Source: Chrysomallon squamiferum
Lineage: Eukaryota > Animalia > Mollusca
Length of the DNA stretch: 64,000 nt
Assembly (NCBI GenBank): GCA_012295275.1
Contig: CM022679.1
Location: forward strand, 12,400,001 to 12,464,000
Direction of reading: 5' to 3'
The stretch's first letter is position 1. Each line of letters starts with the position of its first letter. Shown here one piece after another: positions 1-12,710 of this stretch. Both the position numbers and the translations under genes were made by a program. The notes below the pieces were generated by a model, which was given only the letters and a program-made list of their open reading frames with translations, was not told where the DNA came from and did no database searches.

Positions 1-451
1 TATATATAAACATATACACATATATATATATATAAATGCATTCATATATCAATACATCATCCTTCCAAGCTTATTGAAATCTACCATTATATTGGATGAC
101 CTGCATAGGAGACACACATGCTTGAATATATGCATATATACTCAGATAGATTTTTATATATTCTAGATAAATAACCAAAATTCCATTCCTATTCTGAATT
201 TTTGGATTTATCTCTAGATAAATAACATTATTCTTATTTTGTGTGGTCAGCCCATTGTTCTATAAGGGCAAAATAAGCTTAATCAGGATTAGTAAAAACT
301 GTTAAAAGTTAAAATAAATTTAGTTCTGTACATTATTAATATTAATATTTGTGCTATTTTTAACAAAGATGCGTACTTTTGATTTTTCGGACAACTTACC
401 CCTCCTTTGTAGTCTGTTAAATGGATGCTTGACTGTAAGTAGACAAACACA

Positions 452-505
<54 letters not shown>

Positions 506-993
506 TATAAACATATATAAATGAATGCATGCATACACCAAAACTTCCATCTATCCGTTCATGCATATTAAAAGATAATGTTACTTACAAAAATGCGGAT
601 ATTATATTGAACAACCTTCACTGGAGACTATCTTCTTTATGCATCGCCATCCGTTAATTCTTATCGTTTTGTGGTGACAGAATCCACAGAAAATAATGAA
701 AACATTTGTGTTACTGACGTTGTGTTCTTTATAAAACAAACGAAACACCGCACAAATAATCAAACAGAGCGTTGCTGTTGGGGAATACCCGAATATTCCA
801 CGCATGCGTTGGGTGTACCTCACGTCCTGTTGATGTAACTAATGATTTTTAAAAATAGAATGTTGCGAAACTGGTTTATCTAAAAGTGCTCGTATTCATG
901 TTACGATAAAAATAATGGTATGAAAACAAGATGGATTTGGTCGATCGAAAACCTGTTGCAGAGACATATAATACAGAAACATACACACGCATG

Positions 994-1039
<46 letters not shown>

Positions 1040-1724
1040 TGTATATATGTATATATGTGAATATGGGTGTGTTTGTATATATATATACTGACATACACAC
1101 ATACAGAGACAGAGACAGAGACAGACAGAGAGAGAGAGATGGCTGGTTTTTGTTGAAAATATAACGTGAAAAATGTTTTAGTTATATTTAAACGTATATA
1201 AATAAAAGTGCTGAGTCATATTATCTTATTAATAGCTTTATAATTATATTAGAGCATTCATTTTTAATTTTTTCTTATTATTTCTTTCTTATTAGAATTT
1301 CCATTTTTGATTTATCGGGAGCAGCAGAATAATGACAATCGCATCAACAAAATAACAGGAACAAATCCGAAACACAACAATAACAATAATTCCGAAGTCT
1401 ACTTAAATACGAGATATTTTTACTCCTGTTGTTATTGGACACTCGTCAGTTATTTCCCTTGCATTGCAACGTTTTCTTATTTATTTATTTATTTATTTAT
1501 TATTTGTTTGGTTATTTGTTTGTTTGTTTAGTAGTTGACAAATACGTTTGAATATTCTTTTACAAATGTATGCTACTTAAAATTATTCAAGATTTTTTCG
1601 TTACAGAGATATAATTATCATTATGAATCTATATTTTCCAAAACATATCTAGCTGTATATTATGCTGCTGTAAGAAGTGAATCCAAGATATCTGAAATAG
1701 GGACGCAGTTATTATTGAGGATAA

Positions 1725-1968
<244 letters not shown>

Positions 1969-2424
1969 TAGTAAATAGACAGATAGAGAAATAGATGCAT
2001 AAATGAGAAATAAGAAAAAGTATAGAAAAAAAAACAAAAGAACGAGAAGAGAAATGAAGAAGAGTATCGTGCAACAGATCGGGGAAATCTTCTGGATGCA
2101 GGTCAGTCTAAGTCCATTCCTGTCTTCAAATGTTGGTGCTGGTCATTTGTCTTCATCTGTACAACGACGGCAGATTGATTTTATCTCACATTTATCAAGC
2201 CTTCCATTCAAGATTCCATTAAGTAAGTTTTGTGCCCTACGTTAGAGCTAAGCCATGATTGTTCTTGAACAAGAAACGTGATCAATACCTCGATTATTGA
2301 TTAATACGTGTCAGTGGGTCATCCAGCCAGCAGTCTGTCAGTCAGTGTAAATGAGACAATCGAGACAGAGAATCTTAATTAAAATAAGTAATGAATAATA
2401 ATAAAAAAAACAATTAAAAAAAAA

Positions 2425-2800
<376 letters not shown>

Positions 2801-2879
2801 TGTGCCTCAAAACGTTGATTACATGTTGCAGTCCTTGTTTGTTTTTAATTTTCATACCATGAGTTTAAGTGATGGAACC

Positions 2880-2924
<45 letters not shown>

Positions 2925-4187
2925 TCTCCCTAATAATTACAAGGAAAATACAAGGGTGAGGCCTGACTATAATGATAAGTCTTTTTAGCCTGACTTCGTT
3001 CATTAAACAATTTGAAGCTCTCAGTCAAATAATTCCAAAGTTCTGACTGTTTGTGCAGTTGCGCATAATTACCATTTTCAACAAATTATGAACCATTATG
3101 AAGCTTATTTCAAAATATGTTATACTGTAATTGCAAATATGCATTCTAATTTTTTTTTTTTTTTTTTTTTATCATTAATCTACTAGGTACCTTTACACTG
3201 CTAGGTAAAGCCAATCAGAAATAAATAAACTGCTGAAAACCTTCACAGATTTTGTCCAGAAGGCCTCCTCAACACTTTCTGTAATTAATATTATACCGAG
3301 AAGTGATGGGCCTAAATTACCGAGATGATTTATTAAGCAAAGTGAAGGCAGAATCTGAGAATGTATACGTAAACCGGCTCTGGTATCATTTCAACCCAGA
3401 TTTAATCATTTAAATCGTAATTTTCGTAATGTTAAATCAACATTTTATGAAAAGAATAATCCTTTTGCTCACCAAAAAAAAAAATCTTGAAACAGAATCG
3501 ACATGATCATACATGTTCTGACTCGGAGGTGAACCAGGTTCTGCTGACATGATTTACTGCTCGGCAGGAAAAACGCTCTGGTGACATCTCACTGTGGCAG
3601 AGCGGTTGTTTGTGTAGTCGCTATAAGCTTCAATTCCAGTGTCATTTAAGAAACGAAATATTGCTCTTTCCAGTGATATATATATTGGAACGGGGTCTGT
3701 TGCTCGGAAATAGTCAAGAGACTTTACAGAAGTCTTTCCTCAGAGTGGTTAACCACATATTGGGACATTTATACTAGATAAACAACTAAAGAGGCTGAAC
3801 CTGGATTTGGTCGAGCTTGCTCGTAGGAAGAAAGCCCTCAGAGTTAAGTCCGCGAGGGTAAAAAAAATTGCGTATTTTAAAAGCTTGTTCATAGATAAAC
3901 AAATAACAGCGACTTGTCCTGAATTAAAAACAGGCCAGGACGATCGATCTTTCGACCTATCGCTCTTGAAATGATATTGTTATCAGAAGTGTCTCGAAAA
4001 TGATGGCTGTTATTAACGTGTGTATGAAGGTCATATCTCATGACAACTAACACAATTACATGAACTAATTGTGAGGTGGTATCACATAAATGTTTTACAT
4101 CTTTAGTTTTAATACGTCAAGTCAGTCAACCACTGAAAGAAACAGATGTTAAAATAAAGAATAATGTTTTCAAATTTTTTTTAGTAT

Positions 4188-4253
4188 TTAGACTATTGCC
4201 CATTCCAATCAGTACTCCACAAAAGGTATTTCAATAATCGTATTACGTGCTGT
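4188..4253 (+). mobile_element. Short fragment of the same SINE core
   Basis: gactattgcccattccaatcagtactccacaaaaggtatttcaataatcgtattacgtgct resembles the 5' part of the core seen in the other two copies. Confidence 0.4.
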
Positions 4254-5643
4254 TAACATTTCTTCTTTATAATTGATAACAGTGTAAATTTGAAGTGGTT
4301 AAAAAAACCCCAATAAAACAAACATAAAAAACCCCATTAAAAAACATTAAAAAAAATAATAAATAAAACAAATATAATAAAAAAATAAAATACCATCTTA
4401 TAATAATAATAATAATACGTACCCAGTTCATTCTGGTTTTGATTCTGGTCACGTTTTAAATATATGATTTAAATGTTTTTTAAAAGGATAATATTTTTCT
4501 AGATCATTTCCAAAATATCTGATAACAAGTCTAGAAAATTATGGTCTCCATAGGTTTGTTTTTAGTCTTTTTTATTTTGTTATTTCAATTATATTATCAG
4601 GACAAACACTAAAAACCTATACGAGTTAATTATTTTATTTCAGAAACATAATAATATACAGAGATTATAGGCTGCATTAGTGTGACATCAGAATATTAAG
4701 TGTATGAAGTAGTAATATTATGTAATTATGATGCAAATAAAATGAGATGCAACAACAACAATTAAAAAAAAGGAAAGAAAAAGAAGAGAATAAACTCAAA
4801 GAAACAAAAGAATTATAAGTCAGATTAGAAATTAATTCACAAATTCATTTTTTTTTTTTTTTTTCATATGTTTCTGAGGAGCATTTTTGTATGTGTGGAT
4901 TTATGTGTATGTATGTATGTAGGTAGTAGGTAGGTATACTGCATGTACATACATCGGAAAATGTAAGTATGCATGTATTACCTATAAATACTTAATTTTA
5001 CATGTGTTTATATCTTCACAAATCTACATGAACCAATAAATTAAAACCAATATTAAAAAATTAATTAATAATGAATTAGAATGAACTAAAAGTAAATAAA
5101 TTTACAAATAGCAATAAACATAATTAAATTTACAGTCCTAACTCAGACAACTTATTAATCAATGCTGCCAAAGGAATAAAATGAAATGATTGCTTTTTTT
5201 TTAATGAAATATTAAAATAAACAAAATTCTAAAATAAATAAAGAAAACCATTGCTAGCCTAAGCCAAAAAGCTGCGTGTATTCTTCTCAAGCGATCTACA
5301 AGATATTTTCAAAAAAATGGCCAACAACTTTCAATATATACAGACACTGATAAGGAGTATTTATTCTTCATCAAGCAAATTAAGTCGGTTATCTATAAAA
5401 TGTGAGATGAGTATTAGTGTGTGAAAGACTGAAAAACACGATGACATGTAACGTATTTGATTTCCGTGCTCTCTGGCTTATTAATCTATTGTAATAGTGT
5501 CTTAAAGCTGACAGATACGAGAAGGTTACGACTAACGTAGTACATGTGCAGTATAAAACATATTTTATACAAAGTCTGAGGTGTGGCGTCTGAATCATTT
5601 GAAAAAGGTTATAAAAACAGTAATAATACAAATAGTAATAGTA

Positions 5644-5674
<31 letters not shown>

Positions 5675-5999
5675 CAACAACAACATCAACAACAACCATA
5701 ATGTAATAATACATTTTTTTTTTTTTTTTTTTTTGAATCTGTGATAAATGGAAAATGATTTCCTAGTATAAACCTGATATTAATTTCAGGTGTTTTAATA
5801 GACAGAAAAACTGATAAATGTATGTGTGTGTATATATCTATCTATCTATCTATCTATATATTTGTGTGTGTGTGTATGAGTGTCTCAATACTAAATACAA
5901 ACACTGACTGACAGTTTTAATTTAGATATGTTTAATAATTATATAAGATTAAAATATATGTTATTTTATGTATTTCGTGACTCCCTTTTGGGAATATTT

Positions 6000-6117
<118 letters not shown>

Positions 6118-6470
6118 CTCCATTTACACACAAATCTCTACAAAAAGATATTGCACTATCACAGTATTAAACATCAGTAATTTATCTATTCTATTATTTT
6201 CTTTAATAATTTGCTGATAAATAAATAAATATAATAATTCCACGCTGTCTGAACATGCTATGTTCGAACTCAGACAACGACAACACTGAACGCAAAGACG
6301 ATCTGTCGTGCATTTCGAAAAAAATTCCTTTGGGGTGCAATTTCAAGAATTACCATTTCCTGACGTGACGATAAAATCCGTTATACCACTGAGAAAGGTC
6401 ATCAGACGTTATCTCTGAAATAATGCTTACTGCAGAACTGTGGATCAATAGCTTTATTTCATCATTTAGG

Positions 6471-6541
<71 letters not shown>

Positions 6542-6947
6542 GATTACCTAATATTAAAGGGAAATAATTAAATGAACAATATGTGTGCATGCACGTGTGT
6601 ATATTTGTCTGTACGAATCTATGTTTATATCTATATGGCAGGATAAATACATATTGTATTTATTTATTTATGTTTTTTTTTATATATACACAGTATGTGT
6701 GATGTTTAATGCCATAATACACATGAACGAATTAAATTTAGATTAACGAATTAACTGTAGATTAATGGATTAACTGTAGACTAAATGACAGTGATTTGTT
6801 CAGTAATATGTATGGATAATACAGGGACAGGACTATTAAAATGTGCAATATAAACCAAAGTTCATGTAGCAAGAACAAATAAGCAGTTCAGTTAATAAGC
6901 TCTATACATAACTGTATATAGAAAATAAAGATTTTTGAAAATGCATT

Positions 6948-6996
<49 letters not shown>

Positions 6997-7272
6997 GTAA
7001 TAGTAGTAGTAATTGTAGTAATACTGGTAGTAGTAGCAGTAGTGATAGTAGTAGTACTAATAGTAGTAATTGTAGTATTAGTTGTAGTAACGGTAGAAAG
7101 TGTTGCTGTTGTTGTTGTTGTATTAGGAAATAAATAAATACATCAATCACACAAACACGAAATCATTTCTTTTTTAAGAATGATTTTGGAAAAACCAGCT
7201 AACTGCGAAACACTAAATCAGTTATGTATTGCATTGTGAATACACATATTTTGAAGTAACTAGGCAACCAGT

Positions 7273-7274
<2 letters not shown>

Positions 7275-7347
<73 letters not shown>

Positions 7348-7348
7348 G

Positions 7349-7381
<33 letters not shown>
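7275..7381. repeat. (AAT)n microsatellite
   Basis: Directly visible; dozens of AAT/AGT/ATC/AAC tracts occur across the window. Confidence 0.97.
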
Positions 7382-7382
<1 letters not shown>

Positions 7383-7982
7383 GCAGTGGCAGTAGTATTA
7401 GTATTAGTATTAGTAGTAGTGGTAGTAATAGTAGCAATTGTAGTAGTACTTATTATAATTATTATTTTTCATTTTTTCTTTATACTTTATTTACAGAAAT
7501 CACAATTGTATATATATAATATTGTCTTTTCTGTGGACACTTATATAATTCTGAATGAAACATTATTATTATTACTACTATTACTATTACTACTAGCACA
7601 ACAATTGCTACTGCTACAACATTAAAATTTTAAAATAAATAAATAAATAAATAAATAAATAGATAGATCAAAACAATATTATTGCACTGTGTATAATTAC
7701 GTTATAAAACGGAACTACAATACTTGAATGAATCTTTCCCTCTATAAGCAACCAGAGAGTGCTAAAATGTAAATGAAGGTTGAATAGAAAAATACGATGT
7801 ACGAACGAATCGTAAGTACATGCATAGATGCTAGACGTAAATCGTAACTAGAGTTTACTTATTTATCTTCATTTTTGTCATAAGTGTTACTCCATGGAGG
7901 CACGGTTTTTCTTTGTTTGTTTTATTTTTATTTTTTATTTTTATTTTGTTTTTTCACAACCACTGAACCTGTAGAATAACTG

Positions 7983-7988
7983 TTTATT
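7983..7988 (-). promoter_or_regulatory. Candidate proximal polyadenylation signal AATAAA
   Basis: First AATAAA on the minus strand, about 200 nt after the stop. Many others follow in AT-rich sequence, so the true 3' end is uncertain. Confidence 0.3.
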
Positions 7989-8189
7989 TGTTGTTATTGT
8001 TCTTGGAGACGGTTCGCATCAACATACCATGGCACCTTGACGCGGTGCCGTACAAAGACGATTCACAAGTAAAGATCACAGATGTATAAAATAACTGCTG
8101 ACGTTGCTGTCGCCGAATTGGTGAAGTCCTTTTCGTTGGGGAAGAAGCTGTCGTCTGTTCTGTGGCAAATTAATTGTCAAAGCACGCAG

Positions 8190-8407
8190 TCAGTGGTACA
8201 CCAAGTAGCGTATAACAACAGTCACCGCGAACGCCAGTGATAATGATAGGCTTTTGTTTGTGGCGCCGTTACATCCGTCGTAGTCACACGACATCAAACA
8301 GCCATGCATTTTCTCGTTGACGTTGCCGTATTCGTATCTGATGTCACCACAGTGGTGGCCCCAGTCTTTGTCACTGCAGAGGCGTACCAGTAACTTTGTG
8401 CCATCTT
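8190..8407 (-). CDS. Coding exon 3 (terminal) of Ly6/uPAR quiver/sleepless-like gene (Cys6-10 and GPI signal)
   Basis: Acceptor tttttctctttgtag, phase 1; 218 nt ending in TGA. Translates EDGTKLLVRLCSDKDWGHHCGDIRYEYGNVNEKMHGCLMSCDYDGCNGATNKSLSLSLAFAVTVVIRYLVYH*, with a CxxxCxxDGCN terminus, small residues (N-G-A) and a hydrophobic tail. Not in the ORF track. Confidence 0.94.
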
Positions 8408-8872
8408 CTACAAAGAGAAAAATTAAATGAAATATTAATTTTGTTTACTGTAAATTATATATATATACACACACACATATATAAAGGTATTTTAATCTTA
8501 GATACAAATTTCGTAAAGAATTAGAATTATATATAATACTCTTTATTTTACAGACTGAATTTTGCAAACATCTTTTATCTATGTACGTCTATATGTGTAT
8601 ATATATAAGAGCCGTGTCAATGTATGTATGTATGTATGTTCATGTGTATATGCATACATACATACACATAAATGTGTGTGTGTTTCTGTGTGTGTGGATA
8701 TGTGGGGCAGTACATCCAAGCGCTATATTAATCTTGAACCCCCCCCTTTCGTAAATCAGGATTCTGTTCTGTACAACTATCTCTCTGTTTGAGCTGTCAA
8801 ACATAATTCCAAGAAAACGTTCTTTAATGAAATTGGCCCAACAAGCCGCAGACAAATTTATTTCTCTTGAGC

Positions 8873-9815
8873 ACATTTGTATGTTATTCTTTCTTGTCGC
8901 GTTCCTTTGAGCTGAGGATCAAATGAAATAACTGGCGGAATTGAGAAACGACTTTTTCTCACTAAGCGGATGAAGCCATGATTAAGAAAATCGCGTCACA
9001 GACAAACAAACACATCCAGCCATCCGCAGTCAGTTGGAATTAACAAATATGATTTGAATCGTTTTCTTGTTATTTTTCTTTCTGAGTTATCTCTCAGCTT
9101 TTTTTTCTCTGAGCTCTTCTCACCTAATACGTTCCACATACACAGATAGTTCAAGTGAGAGTCTGCTTACGTTAGTTTCTTCCTATCGTGTTTGTAGTAA
9201 TAACGATGCACTGTCGTGCGGTTTTGTATGCGTAGATTACGTTGGTTTCAAGATGTTAAGTACGATGGCTGATTTTAATCACGATTATATTTGGCAGAAA
9301 GAAAACTGTCAGAATTAAAATCGTGATTGTCATTAACCTTCGACAGAATTATTACTACTACTACTACTAATATTAGTAATAAACCCAACAAACGAACACA
9401 TGAATTGGATGTAAGTCTGTATAATCCATGAAAGTTGGTTAGTAACTGTACTCGTAAAGGTTCAGTTCACCAGTTATCACTTTGGTATGCTGATGAATTA
9501 CACAGTGGTAATATGTAACAAATGCTGGTACGAGTGTAACACACTGGTTCATCTGTAACACGTGCTGGTACGAGAGTTACATAACTGGTGAACTGAACCT
9601 TTACGAGTACAGTTACTAACCAACTTTCATGGATTATACAGACTTACATCCACATTCATGTGTTCATTTGCCTGGTTTATTATTATTAGTAGTAGTAGTA
9701 GTAGTAATAGTAGTAGTAGTAGTAGTAGTAGTTGTAGTAGTAGTAGTTATAGTGCTTAAACAAATAATGCTTGTATTTTTTGTGTTATTTTAATAACAGC
9801 AAACAACAACAACGA

Positions 9816-9853
<38 letters not shown>

Positions 9854-10207
9854 GGAGAAGAAGAAGACTATCATACTAAATTTTCTGAAGGTTAAAATTC
9901 GTGATTTCACTTGTAAGTTGTATTCTAAAAAGAAAAAAAATAATAATCACATGTCAGCAGTCTTAACTTAATACTGAAAGCTGAGAGATAACTCAGAAAG
10001 AAAAATAACAAGAGAACGATTCAAATCATATTTGTTAATTCCAACTGACTGCGGATGGCTGGATGTGTTTGTTTGTCTGTGACGCGATTTCCTTAATCAT
10101 GGCTTCATCCGTTTAGTGAGAAAAAACGTCGTTTCTCAATTCCGCCAGTTATTTCATTTGATCCTCAACTCAAAGGAACGCGACAAGAAAGAATAACATA
10201 CAAATGT
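8873..10207. repeat. Nested inverted repeat: outer arms 8873-9101 / 9977-10207, inner arms about 9351-9477 / 9581-9708
   Basis: Outer arms are about 230 bp with about 4 substitutions and one 2-nt indel. Inner arms include a perfect 72-bp core (9406-9477 / 9581-9652). Confidence 0.97.
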
Positions 10208-10709
10208 ATATATATATATATTTAGACCCCCCTCCGCCCAAACTACATGCAAAAATGCAGCAACAGAAAATAAATTTAAACACATTTCCGTTACAACATT
10301 CACCGAGAGAAATTAAAAATGACGGATGTAGGCAAATTAAGTAAACTACAGTTTTCAATTTCGTTCATTCATTACTTCTACAAAGGTTCTCCATCTCCGA
10401 AATCAAATCAGCATATTACCAATGTTTCCAAATATAAATTGACAGGAATATGCGAAAGCTCTGGCGAAACGATGTGAGAATAATCTAATTTTCTTCAATA
10501 CTTCCAATTTAAAATAAATACTTATGAAGATATGTATGTGGGTTGGTGGGTTTGAATTTTATAGAATCCTCTCTCCAGATTTGTCATGTGTGAAACTACA
10601 GAGCAGAGATCTGTCAGTTGATCAATAGACACGTTTCAGAATTTCAGAAACTCTCAGCGTGGTTTAAGGGCAAATTAAATCGATTTAAGTGCATAAAAAT
10701 ATCGAAGGC

Positions 10710-11104
10710 TTATGTAACTCTCGTACCAGAACGTGTCACAGATGAACCAGTGTGTTACACTCGTACCAGCATATGTTACACATTACCACAATGTATGCAT
10801 CAGTGTACCAAAGTCGTGTTAAGAATCTACCAAAGTTTTTAACAGACATACCAGCGTACATTACACACGCATCTTACAGTGTGTGCTACACGAGTGCCAG
10901 GTTATGTTAAACATTTACCAACGTAACTGTCAAACACACCAGCGCATATTACAATACACATATTACACACGCATTTTACGTGTGTACCATCGTACATTAC
11001 ACAGCGTTGCTACACATTCACTAACACACAGTACACTTACACACGGTTTTGTTAAACACATCTTACCACTTAATACCAGTTACAAACACACGTAGTTTAC
11101 CAGT
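10710..11104 (+). repeat. Degenerate minisatellite, about 19-23-bp units with gttacac..accag core
   Basis: Recurrent units such as gttacactcgtaccagcatat, gtcacagatgaaccagtgt and gttaaacatttaccaacgt. Confidence 0.7.
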
Positions 11105-11655
11105 CAGATGAATTAAGAAAACAACAGTCTGTCGTATACATTCTTTCGATGTGTTCTGTTTTAGTCATTATTAATGATAATACGTGTTTGCATTAAAATT
11201 AATATTATACCACTTATTATTGATGTTCTACAGTTCTAGATATTCTGATCTTTGGATTAATGCTCTGCTAATTTCTTTTCACTAGAATATTCATGAATCA
11301 GTCTGCTATTTTTATTTTCTTGATATTTTTTCCGTAATGTGTTAGAATGTATCGTGTCTAATTAAAAGTGGGGGCGGTGGGGGGAAAGAAAAAGAAAGAA
11401 GAAAAAGTAAATTTAGATTATCATCCAGTTTTGATTAAAACCAAACTGTGTTAGATGTATGTTTTGTATTTATAAGATGAGTCAGTACGTATTAAAAATG
11501 AATATGTAAGTATATTCTTATAGTTATAACCTCTGTTTTATATAAATAAGGAAAATGAGAAACTATAGAAAATAAAATATTATATGGTTGCCAGTTAAAT
11601 CATTCCAAAAAATAATAATAATATAAAACAAATAAATAAATAAATAATAATAATA

Positions 11656-11707
<52 letters not shown>

Positions 11708-12656
11708 ATAATAAAATAAAAAAGTAATAAAATAAGGACAATAGTATTAGTCGATACGTAGAAGCCAGACAGATATGGACTAAGGCAACCCTAACAGAAA
11801 CCTCGAGTACAGAAGTCAGAAGCTTTAGAGCACACGGAGCGCTCTGATAGACCCCAACACTATGTATCATCAGTTACTTAATGAAAATCCGAAAGGAAAA
11901 AAAAAAAGTATTTCAGGAAAATAATACTTTGGAAATCTGATGGTGCCGTAACGGCTACAATGTCCCAATTAAATCGGTTAGGTTTGCAAAAACTAGTCGG
12001 CGTAACTACGTAATATAGCCACTTCTATTCGATTTGCGCGTCAAGTAACTTCCGGTGCAGACATTTTGGAGCTCAGTACACGAAGAGAAACCTTCTCGCG
12101 ACCGAGTCAAAACGACTGGGCAGTCTCAGAGTTATGTTACATGTTTGCAGAGATAAGATAGCCAGCACTGCGACTGTCAGAGAGAGAAATATTGTAGGCC
12201 TCTTTAGCAGTCACGGCCTTCGTTCACCTCAATCAGTTTTGGTCGTCCAGTACATATACAGCTATTGTGTATGCCACATTTCAGCGTACAGATAACTGAT
12301 GTTATCACATTATTCACATCCCTTTTATTATTATTATTATTATTGTTGTTGTTGTTGTTGTTATAGTTATAAATAAATTTATTAAATGTATAGCAATAAT
12401 TAGCAACAACTGCATCAGATTTATACTAATATTTATAATAATAATAATGATAGTGATGATAATAATACTTCTGTGCGTATGAATTTGTGTGTCTGTGCGT
12501 GTCTCTCTCTCTCTATTGAGTGTACGTATGTAAGTATGTACGTATTTATGCTTGTGTAAATATTTGAATATATGTCTGTCTGTGTGTGTGTGTATGTATG
12601 TATATATATATATGGGTTTGTGTTTGAGAAAGAATTATCATTATCATCATCATAAA

Positions 12657-12710
<54 letters not shown>

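Noticed and set aside
602-823. 73-aa non-repetitive minus-strand ORF with a hydrophobic stretch
   Set aside because: GTG start, no convincing splice sites and no recognisable motif.
8010-8075. SECIS element making the UGA a selenocysteine codon
   Set aside because: GUGA is present, but there is no AA at the expected spacing and no proper helix II; the UGA is not at a Cys position.
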